A DNA stretch of 64,000 bases. Origin: an uncultured delta proteobacterium (lineage in GTDB: Bacteria > Desulfobacterota > Binatia > Binatales > Binataceae). Under the pieces are notes generated by a model. That model ran no database searches, was not told the origin of the DNA, and worked only from the letters and a program-made list of their open reading frames with translations. Every line of letters begins with the position of its first letter. Within the stretch, counting starts at the first letter, position 1. A program made the position numbers and the translations under genes. Positions 30,276 to 38,710 of this stretch are shown piece by piece. The stretch lies in assembly GCA_963724765.1 (NCBI GenBank), contig CAVRVY010000004.1:1216001-1280000 (forward strand), read 5' to 3'.

Positions 30276-30908
30276 ATGGACTTCGCAATTTTCGACGACA
30301 CTCTCGATTCCATCGTTTTAGATCCGCGCCAACGGGTTAAAGACCTGGTGCGCGACATCGTCTTGCGCCACACGAAGAACGCACCTGCAGAGTTCGTCGC
30401 CGAACTCGCCGCGCCGCGCCTGCGCGAACTCGGGCATCGGATCAAAGACTTACTCGAGCACGGACACTTGGGCGACATCGATCCGCTAATCCGCGCTTTC
30501 GACCTCGAGTTGACGAAGGAAACCGTTCACGAGCGCACCGCGGAGCACGGCCGCTTGCGACCCATCACCGCCGAATCAGAGATCAAAAAACACGCCGACC
30601 TGTGGGCGCGATATCGTTGGGTCGGGGCGAGTGGGTATGAACAGGCCGCGCTGCTCGTCCTGATCAAAAACGGCGACAGAATCGCAAATGTCGACTATTG
30701 GAAAATCACGATGGCGAGTGGCCAGGTGATCACGCGCGACCAGGTGCGTCAGGTCAACCGCCCTCGACTCACAACTGAGCGTGCGTGGTTGGCGAATTTC
30801 ATCAGCGATGAAACTGTGCGCGCAGCCGAACCGGCCGAACAGCGCGAGGCGGCGCAGCTCGCGCGTCCCTTTCGCGATTTCAGTGGCCCGCGCCCGGTGC
30901 GGGACTAA
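30276..30908 (+). CDS. Hypothetical protein
   Basis: 210-aa ORF, AGGA RBS, co-oriented in the element operon. Confidence 0.65.
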   Translation: MDFAIFDDTLDSIVLDPRQRVKDLVRDIVLRHTKNAPAEFVAELAAPRLRELGHRIKDLLEHGHLGDIDPLIRAFDLELTKETVHERTAEHGRLRPITAESEIKKHADLWARYRWVGASGYEQAALLVLIKNGDRIANVDYWKITMASGQVITRDQVRQVNRPRLTTERAWLANFISDETVRAAEPAEQREAAQLARPFRDFSGPRPVRD

Positions 30909-30974
30909 ACAATGGGGTGCAAGTGCGCGGACTGCGTATACGTCCTAATTTCAGGTCATAGGGAGCAAACCAAA

Positions 30975-31388
30975 ATGCAATTTGCAATTAACTACAGAAC
31001 GCTCGAAAAACTCGGTAACGAATTTGGCGTTTCGTCCTCGGAGTCCGCGGCCGCGATAGGCCGCAGACGCCGCGGCGACTTCATTGTGCACGCAGCCGAT
31101 GATCTTTGCGCGAATCGCGTGCCACCGCGGAATCAGCCGTATCAGGGCGATCCAGATTACGAAGCGGCAAAGCGCGGCCCGGTCGGCAATCCCGATTATG
31201 ATGCGCAAAAGCGTGGAGGCCGGGCGACAACTTTTTCGGATGACGACGCGGACATGAGCAGCGGCGACCATGTGGACGCTGCGCTCAACGCGATCGACTT
31301 CGAAGATCCCGACGCGCTCGAGCGCGCGGCGGAGCATTTGAAAAAGGCCGCGGCGAAGAAGCGCGGCGCGCAGCATCTGCGACGTTAA
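30975..31388 (+). CDS. Hypothetical protein with a duplicated GxPDYxAxKRG motif
   Basis: RBS GGGAG; GDPDYEAAKRG / GNPDYDAQKRG. Confidence 0.6.
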   Translation: MQFAINYRTLEKLGNEFGVSSSESAAAIGRRRRGDFIVHAADDLCANRVPPRNQPYQGDPDYEAAKRGPVGNPDYDAQKRGGRATTFSDDDADMSSGDHVDAALNAIDFEDPDALERAAEHLKKAAAKKRGAQHLRR

Positions 31389-31495
31389 GAAATTCCCGGC
31401 CCGGTGGACCTCCTCATCCGCGCGCACGGGGCGCGAGCGGTGTGTTCCTTCATTGCGACGCGCCGGCCGGGCCGGGATACCACATAGAGTATCTG

Positions 31496-31882
31496 ATGTC
31501 AGATAGCGTGCCAATAGCCACACCACATCCTACTCGCGCCACGCGCCGTCGGGACCAAAGAGTAAGGCGAAAGCGTACTGAGTTAGAAAAAGCGCATCCG
31601 CATCTATCGCTTCCGCGGAATCGATCGACTACTCGGCGCTGGGCAGAACTGGTTGTACTGGGAAATCAGATATATGAAAAGCTGACCCAGATCGGCGTGC
31701 TCGACGAGCATGGACAGCCCCGCGCACTGATCGATGTATTCCGCAGAATCGCTCTCGCGCAGGTCCACCTAGAACGGGAATTACTACTAACCGAGAAGAG
31801 CCGGCATGAGATGCCGGACGCGCGCAAGCCAACGCTGGATCTGGAGATACTTCGTGCCCAAGTTGTCGACGAACCGGATTAA
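31496..31882 (+). CDS. Probable terminase small subunit (P27-family-like)
   Basis: 128 aa, basic N-terminus, GVL..HG.P...LERELLLTEKSR resembling the ELGLTPxSR motif; overlaps the terL start region. Confidence 0.6.
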   Translation: MSDSVPIATPHPTRATRRRDQRVRRKRTELEKAHPHLSLPRNRSTTRRWAELVVLGNQIYEKLTQIGVLDEHGQPRALIDVFRRIALAQVHLERELLLTEKSRHEMPDARKPTLDLEILRAQVVDEPD

Positions 31883-33380
31883 AGATTATCAGTCGTTCGC
31901 CGAAATCGCGTTGGCGGCGAATCTAACCGACCACCAGCGGCTTATGCTCCAAGCGGTGGCGCGCTCGCGCAGAGTAGCCGTCGCCGCCTGCCACGCGACA
32001 GGAAAATCCTATGGGCTAGGATGCTTGGCGCTCGCGCACGTGTCTCTGTACGAGGACGCCCGAGTGATCTGTCTCACGCCCGGATGGTTGATGAATCGCG
32101 CTGTCATTTGGTCGGAGATCCACGCGCTACTGGAACACGCCCCGCAGCGGCTGCCAGTGGTCAGTCAGACTCAAACCGAGTTGCGACTCGGCGCCAAAAA
32201 CATGATTCTCGGGCTCTCCGCTGCTGATGCCGGCCGGCTTCAGGGACATCACTCCAAAAATTTGCTCGTCGTCGTCGACGAAACAGCCGCGCTTGCTCCT
32301 TACTTCTGGCCAGCCATCGAGGGCGTACTCGCATCAGGCGATTCGCGACTCATTATTAGCGGCAACCCGACCGTCACGAGCGGACCATTTTTTGACGCAT
32401 TCGGCCGCCATCGTGCGAGCTGGGAGACTATCCAAGTCGGGTACCAAGATACTGAGAACTTCGACGGCATCACGCTAGAGCGCTTGCTCGAGATGAGCGA
32501 TGCCGAGCTCGACAACAATCCCCGCCCATACCTGATCACACGCCGATGGGTGAAAGAACGTTACGCAGAGTGGTGGAACGGCAGTGTCGCGAACAGTCCA
32601 TTGTGGGCATCCCGCGTCTTGGGGCAATTCCCGTCCGAGGGCGGCAACAGCTTATTCCCACTGCGTGCGCTCGAGGCCGCGCGACGGAAGTCCGTCGACC
32701 CAGGCGGTCCTGTCACGATCGGGTGCGATCCGGCAGGCCCCGGGAAAGACCTGACGGCCTGCGTGGCCGTCGCCGGCGGAACAATCCTGGATATCGCAAC
32801 GTTTAGCGACGCGGATGCCCGCGGGCGGGTGATCGAATTCATAAAGCGCTGGAAAGATCGAGTCCGACTGGTCAACGTCGATAGTGGCGGCCTCGGCTTC
32901 TACTTCACTGAACACGTACGCAGTCAGGGCTTTAGGACTATCGGTCTCAACGCGGCGAGTGCCGCAAGCGATCGCGAGCGATATACGAACCTGAAGGCCG
33001 AGCGCTACTTCCATCTGCGCCAGGCGTTCATCAAGGGTGCCATCAGTGGCCTCGACGACGAGACGCTGGGCGAGCTGGCGTCGATGGCGTACGTGGTCGA
33101 TCCGCATGGCAGAATCGCAATCGAAGATAAGGCGTCGGTGAAGTCCGCGCTGGGCCATAGCCCTGATCGGGGCGAAGCTCTGATGCTGGCCGCCGGCGAG
33201 GACGAGCATCAACCCTGGACGTATACGCCGGTTGTCCCGAGCCGTGCCACCTGGGCGGGCGCGTATGACGCACCGCGCAAGTTGACGCGGCGGCAACAAA
33301 ATCAGATCGACGACGCGAAGCCGAAGGCCGGGCTCGGAATGCTGATCAAAAGCCGGCGATGGGGCAGAGGCGGCTGGTGA
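31863..33380 (+). CDS. terL: Phage terminase large subunit
   Basis: VAVAACHATGKS Walker A, LQGHH, LLVVVDETA Walker B, SGNP, RVLGQFP, IGCDPA and VNVDSGGLG RNase H-like acidic residues, NLKAE, GHSPDRGEALML; exact start uncertain. Confidence 0.92.
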   Translation: MSTNRIKDYQSFAEIALAANLTDHQRLMLQAVARSRRVAVAACHATGKSYGLGCLALAHVSLYEDARVICLTPGWLMNRAVIWSEIHALLEHAPQRLPVVSQTQTELRLGAKNMILGLSAADAGRLQGHHSKNLLVVVDETAALAPYFWPAIEGVLASGDSRLIISGNPTVTSGPFFDAFGRHRASWETIQVGYQDTENFDGITLERLLEMSDAELDNNPRPYLITRRWVKERYAEWWNGSVANSPLWASRVLGQFPSEGGNSLFPLRALEAARRKSVDPGGPVTIGCDPAGPGKDLTACVAVAGGTILDIATFSDADARGRVIEFIKRWKDRVRLVNVDSGGLGFYFTEHVRSQGFRTIGLNAASAASDRERYTNLKAERYFHLRQAFIKGAISGLDDETLGELASMAYVVDPHGRIAIEDKASVKSALGHSPDRGEALMLAAGEDEHQPWTYTPVVPSRATWAGAYDAPRKLTRRQQNQIDDAKPKAGLGMLIKSRRWGRGGW

Positions 33381-33751
33381 TGACTCCGCTTGAGGTATCC
33401 GCCACTGTCGCGCGTCTCGGAGGCCCCAGCGCGGTCGGTCGTCTGGTCGGGCGCAAACCGCAAACCGTCTGTCGATGGCAGAGACGAGGGCTCGACCCGC
33501 GCCGACCTGGTAATCGCCGGTCGATCGACCGACTGCGCGAGCTCCTCGATAACGCGCCGGAGCCGGTTACCAAGAAGCCGAAGCGGAAAACCTGCGCGAC
33601 CTGCGGCCAACCCGATGAGCAGCTCGTCTGCGAGAAATGCCGGGCGGCTTCGATCGTCTTCGACCGCGAGCGCGGCGTCGGAACGGTGCCTCTCAATTTG
33701 CGGCGCGCCTACAACCTGAACGACAAGGGGCGACCCCAGAGGGCCGCGTGA
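33380..33751 (+). CDS. Cro-like HTH plus Zn-ribbon protein
   Basis: LGGPSAVGRLVGRKPQTVCRW, CATC...CEKC; start overlaps the terL stop. Confidence 0.65.
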   Translation: MTPLEVSATVARLGGPSAVGRLVGRKPQTVCRWQRRGLDPRRPGNRRSIDRLRELLDNAPEPVTKKPKRKTCATCGQPDEQLVCEKCRAASIVFDRERGVGTVPLNLRRAYNLNDKGRPQRAA

Positions 33752-33924
33752 AGACGCAAGCCGGCGATAAGCCTACCCCGCTGACTAGTAGCTGGCGAGA
33801 CTGGTTCTTCATCGGGAAACGCCATGCTCCACGGTCGCCACGCAGGAAGCTGGACCATTGGCGTCCCTATCGACCCGGCGCACGCTCGTCGCGCTTTAGT
33901 CACCAACTCGGACTGGACCGATGA
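33748..33924 (+). CDS. Small basic hypothetical protein (58 aa)
   Basis: GTGA overlap with the upstream stop and ATGA overlap downstream. Confidence 0.5.
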   Translation: MKTQAGDKPTPLTSSWRDWFFIGKRHAPRSPRRKLDHWRPYRPGARSSRFSHQLGLDR

Positions 33925-34067
33925 TGCGCGGTTGCTACAGACGGCCGCGGCGCCGGCCGGGCCCGAGGCGCGCGATCCCTGAGAGCCGCGACCTCGAGGC
34001 CAAGCGAGAGGCGCTGCGATTGGGCCGCGAGCTGCTGCGCGGAACAAAGTACGAGGAAGAGGCGTGA
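33921..34067 (+). CDS. Small Arg-rich hypothetical protein (48 aa)
   Basis: Manual translation MMRGCYRRPRRRPGPRRAIPESRDLEAKREALRLGRELLRGTKYEEEA; 4-nt overlaps at both ends. Confidence 0.5.
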   Translation: MMRGCYRRPRRRPGPRRAIPESRDLEAKREALRLGRELLRGTKYEEEA

Positions 34068-34150
34068 GATCGGCATTGCTCCGCGCCGTGGCTGACGCCC
34101 TGTGGATTTCGTTGGCGGTCGTTGCTTGCGAGGACCTGGCGCGCGGCTAA
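34064..34150 (+). CDS. Hydrophobic micropeptide (28 aa)
   Basis: MRSALLRAVADALWISLAVVACEDLARG; purine-rich GAGGAAGAGG upstream; GTGA and TAATG overlaps. Confidence 0.45.
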   Translation: MRSALLRAVADALWISLAVVACEDLARG

Positions 34151-34371
34151 TGATGATTTCCGAGGGAAGTCGAGTGACAAATCGCAAGCAGCTTGAGCGC
34201 CTGGGGCATCAGGTCGTGATGCACGGCGCGGATCGCACGCTCTATCAGTGCCAAAGGTGTCGCTGGCTTTTCAGGATTGGGCGACCCAGCGGGCTCGCGT
34301 TGCCAGAGGGCCATGACGTTTCTCCTGCCGAAATAGAAAGACGGAGTTCAGCCGCGTGTCCCGGTGCATAA
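34150..34371 (+). CDS. Small CxxC hypothetical protein
   Basis: TAATG overlap; YQCQRC. Confidence 0.5.
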   Translation: MMISEGSRVTNRKQLERLGHQVVMHGADRTLYQCQRCRWLFRIGRPSGLALPEGHDVSPAEIERRSSAACPGA

Positions 34372-34502
34372 GGCTCAAGTGGATGAAAGCGCAAAAAAAT
34401 GAAGCGTGGACCGAAGCTGCTCATGGTGAACGCCCGCTCGAGTTTCGGACGGCTGCCAATCCGCTACCCTGGCGCTCTCCGCGCCACGAGTTGAGCTGAA
34501 AG

Positions 34503-37500
34503 TTGGCCCTACCTAACGAACGGCTCCGCGAGATCGTTCACGAGCTTTCCGGTCGGCCTAAACATGAAAAGGTTCGGTCGCTAATCTACAGCCTTTTGGT
34601 TGATGGGCTCGGCGCCCAGAGCACGGAAATTCAATTCGAGCGCAAGTTGCCCGAAGTACACGGCCGCACGGACGCGCTGCTTGGAAGGACCGTACTCGAG
34701 TTTAAGAGCGACCTTCAAAATGAAGCCGGCGACGCTGAAGAGGAACTCTCCCGCTATCTCAGCCAGCGTGAATCCGAGACGGGACATCGCTTCGTTGGCG
34801 TTGCGATCGATGGCGCTGATTTTTTCGCCTACGAGCTGAGGCGCGGAAAGCTCACCCGCCTTCGCACGCATTTCAGCTTGCGCGGCGAGTTGCGCAAAAA
34901 GGGCAGTAACGCGATCGAGATCGGGCATGCGTTGCTCGCTTGGCTAAGCGGGTTTCTAACTTTACGCCCTGAGCTTACGCCTGACCCCGAAGTGATTCGC
35001 CAGGAGCTCGGCCGCGAAAGCGTTGCCTACGAGATCGCCAGTTCAAGGCTTGAGGTGCTCTGGTCGGCGGTCAAGGACCTGTCGGATGTTCGTCTAAAGC
35101 GTCAGTTGTGGTCAGAGCGCCTCGCCCTCGTCTACGGTACCAGCATCGACGATGACGCTCTCTTCTTTCAGCACAGCTACTTGACGATCGTCGCGAAAAC
35201 GATGGCCACGCTGATTCTCGGAGCTGAGCTTCCCACACCCGCCGATTTGCTCTCCGGCAAGGTATTTCAGGATGCCGGCATCGATGGAGTAGTCGAATCC
35301 GACTTCTTCGATTGGGTGCTCGCGGCGTCGGGCGGTGACGACCTCATCCATCGTATAAGCACGCAGGTAGCGCGCTTTCGTCTTGGCGACATTAAGCACG
35401 ATGTTCTCAAGGTTCTCTATGAATCACTGATCGATCCCGAACAGCGGAAGTATTTGGGCGAATACTACACCCCTGACTGGCTCGCGCAGAAAGTATGCGA
35501 TCGCTTATTGGACCGACCCCTTGAGCAGCGCGCCCTCGATCCTTCCTGCGGTTCCGGCACGTTCCTGTTCCATGCGGTGCGCCGGTTTCTCAAGGCAGCC
35601 GATGCTGCCAATATCGGCAATCGCGAGGCGCTCCAGCGTTGCACCGAGCGTGTCTTCGGGATCGACGTACATCCGGTAGCCGTAATCAATGCGCGCATCA
35701 CCTACCTGCTCGCCATGGGCGAGACGCGTCTGCGCGACCACCCAAATCTTAGTATCCCCGTTTACCTCGGCGACTCACTCCAGTGGAATACCGAGGAAGT
35801 CCTGACGGGGCAGACAGTGCGGGTCCGCGTGCCTCCTCAAGGGACCGAAGAAGAAAAGGACCCCGCGAAAGTCCCGAACCTGACATTTCCGATTCGGCTT
35901 GCCACTAACCCCGCTCTCTTTGACGCAGTGCTTAACCAAATGCTGCGGCTGAGCGAAGAGAAAGCTCCGGCGAGCGTCTTAGAGAATTGGACGGAGCAAT
36001 TTCCGAAGGAGGAAATCCCGCCGGAGATGCGCAGCACGCTGATCTCCACGTACAAGAATCTGCGCCGGCTGCGTACCGAGAAACGCAATCATATCTGGGG
36101 CTATGTGGCGCGCAACCTAAGCCGCCCAGTGTGGCTAGCGACGGCCGGGCAGAAGGTGGATGTAATCATCGGTAACCCGCCTTGGCTTGCCTATCGTGAT
36201 ATGTCGTCGGAGATGCAAAAGCGTCTTCGCGCGGAGTGCACCGAGCGCGACCTGTGGGCCGGCGGTAAGGTTGCGACGCACCAAGACATCTCAGCGTACT
36301 TCTTTGCCCGGTGTGTTGAACTCTATCTAAAAAAGAATGGCGTAATCGCCATGGTTCTGCCCTACGCAACGATGACGCGCCAGCAATATCGTGGCTTCCG
36401 CAACGGTATTTTCGCGAGCAAGCCGACGCGCAAGAAAGGGGTACGAATTTACGCCTCAGTGCGCTTTAATGAGGCGTGGACCTTTGACGAGTCCGTGCAG
36501 CCGCTCTTTAACGTGCCCTCGTGCGTGCTCATAGCAACCGGGAAGCGAACCAGGAGCGTTGCCGGCAAGAGTTACCGCCTATTCCGGTCAGCTTCCGCAG
36601 CGCGATTCATCAAATGCAGAGGCTGAGGCACATCTGAGTTCGCAAGAAGTATCCTGGCCGAAAGGCAATGAGTCGAAGGCCAGCGGCTATAGCGGCAAGT
36701 TTAGGCAAGGCGCAACCGTTGTTCCGCGATTCCTATTCCTGGTAAAACGCGCGTCCGCTGGTCGCCTAGGTTTTAATCGCGATACGCCACTGGTCGAGAG
36801 CCGCCGAAGCAATCTCGAGAAGCGACCGTGGAGGGATTTGGAGCCGCTTCGCGGGCCAGTCGAAAAACAGTTTCTGCGGCCACTCTATCTGGGCGAGTCG
36901 ATCGCACCATTCCGTCTACTAGAGCCGCTCGAGTCCGTGATTCCCTGGGATAGAACAAAAGCCCGACTGCTGGATTCCCAATCCGCACAACGCGCCGGTT
37001 ATCGCCACCTTGCCAACTGGTTAAAGCAATCTGAGTTGCTCTGGGCAAACGAAGGCAAAGGACGGATGTCCTTGCTTGCGAGGATCGACAAGTTTCATGG
37101 GCTTTCGGCACAGATGCAGTGTAATTCCACGCGCGTTCTTTACTCGGCTTCGGGTACCATTCCGGCTGCCGCCCTATTGAAAGACTCGGACGCTGTGATC
37201 GAGCACAAGCTCTACTGGTCAGAGATTTCAGGCGAGACTGAAACGAACTATCTCATAGCCACGCTCAACAGTGATGCGATTCGCGGTTACGTTGCTTCCC
37301 GCCAATCGCGAGGGCAATGGGGGCCGCGAGATTTCGACAAGCTTCTAGCCGAGGCAATTGCTGAGTTCAACCCGTCCAATCCGCTGCACCTGGAACTCGC
37401 ACACGAGGGTGCGCGCGCCGAGAAAGTCGCGGCGCGAGTTGAACTCTCGGACGGTATCCATTTCATTCGGGCGCGCGGTATTATCCGCAAGGCGTTGAGA

Positions 37501-37605
37501 GAAGAAGGCGTCGGAGACCGAATCGAAAAACTTGTTCGCCGGCTATTACAGACCGGGTCACCCGCTTCCAAGGTGGGGGGAACTGGAATCGGCCCGGCAA
37601 AGTGA
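34503..37605 (+). CDS. Type IIG-like fused restriction endonuclease / N6-adenine methyltransferase (frameshift near 36540)
   Basis: RTD...EFK nuclease, GEYYTPDWLA, DPSCGSGTFL, IGNPPW; the TRD-like C-terminus (36559-37605) joins in frame if one G of GGG 36540-36542 is removed. Confidence 0.85.
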
Positions 37606-37947
37606 ACTGTAGAATCTCAGGCGCAAGATCCGGGCTCGGCTCCATCGTGAATCAGCGGCCGAATCGTGATCGAGCTCATCGACTCGCCGACGGCGCTGTT
37701 GGGCCCAAGGGCCCCCTTCAATGGCCGGTAAAATTTCCTTGATCTCCTGTCGCTACGCCGCGCGGTGCACTGTCTGTTTAAGGCGGGTGCGCGCAACAGC
37801 AATCGCTCGATTTATGGATAACCAAGGCAGGCCACTACGGCAACGAGAGCTGTGCGACCGTCACGCACGTGAGTTGAAGGCGCTCCATCGCGAGGTCCGG
37901 GGTACTTCGATCAAACCATCCGAGCCTCTCCCCACAGCCGGGTCCGC

Positions 37948-37975
37948 GATGGTGAGTTTGGTGGGTTTGGTGACT
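37948..37975 (-). repeat. Inverted 3x 9-bp iteron array (right end)
   Basis: gatggtgagtttggtgggtttggtgact; reverse complement matches 24992-25019 at 25/28. Confidence 0.75.
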
Positions 37976-38018
37976 TTGTTTCCGGCCCTAGCCGTTTTCG
38001 TTTTCGGCCGAGAACGCC

Positions 38019-38040
38019 CACCCGCACAAAACCCGCACAA
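38019..38040 (+). repeat. Putative integrase arm-type site
   Basis: 22-bp exact direct repeat of 24936-24957. Confidence 0.7.
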
Positions 38041-38126
38041 TTTGCCAGATTTGGCGGGGCTCCACCTCTCGCGCGCTGATGTCCTAACCTACCAATAAGC
38101 CTTTGATTACACTAAAGAATATTGAA

Positions 38127-38211
38127 TGCCGGGAGCGGGATTCGAACCCGCACGGAGGTTGCCCTCCAGGGGATTTTAAGTCCCCTGCGTCTGCCATTTC
38201 GCCACCCCGGC
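38127..38211 (-). tRNA. tRNA-Leu(TAA), reconstituted at the att site; CCA not encoded
   Basis: gccggggtggcgaaatggcagacgcaggggacttaaaatcccctggagggcaacctccgtgcgggttcgaatcccgctcccggca; cloverleaf with long variable arm, anticodon TAA at 38176-38178. Confidence 0.96.
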
Positions 38212-38710
38212 GCTTTATGAACGCGCTATCCAGGCATCCCTAGACCCAGTCCGAAGCCGACACCGCCAAAAATGACCGCGAACATCGCCGTGTACACGGT
38301 CATCGGTAGGTTGCCGCGAGCAGATACCGAATCGAGAACACAGCGGCGAACAGTCCGAAGCTGCAAAACGGCAGGGCGAACAGATGGAGACCCCCGGTTG
38401 CGAGTTGCGGCTTGGCGCTGGCCGTACGCATCACATCTGGCGCTGTCTGCTCCATTAAAATATCGCCCATATGCTCGGAGCCGCGGCGGAATCGCGATCG
38501 GGGCGCCGATGGGCGATTTTGCATGGCGCGTGAAGGGCGGCGCAAGCCTACGTGGAGAAGCCCCCGGCGTCTGCCACCGTCTTCCCATGCACTTGCCAAT
38601 GTTGACTAAGAGCACAACTTTGCCTAGGGGCGTTATGACGCAGCATGGCGTGCATTTGGGTGAGAATAGTTTAAAATGGAGTCTGGAAAAGGATAGTCCA
38701 GTTTTTGAAA

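Larger units (their letters stand above)
24775..38183. mobile_element. tRNA-Leu(UAA)-integrated phage-satellite-like element (excised circle would be 13,349 bp)
   Basis: 20-bp att direct repeats, tyrosine integrase next to one att, alpA/xis/rep module, terminase genes, R-M cargo. Confidence 0.92.

Noticed and set aside
37721-38098. 125-aa ORF at the right end of the element
   Set aside because: Its 3' half overlaps the iteron and arm repeats and it has no clear RBS; unsupported, though the Cys-containing N-terminal part cannot be excluded.
24775-38183. Complete prophage
   Set aside because: Only 13 kb, with no recognisable portal, capsid, tail or lysis genes.
38226-38303. Hydrophobic 25-aa peptide upstream of the tRNA (- strand)
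   Set aside because: No RBS and lies in the expected tRNA promoter region.
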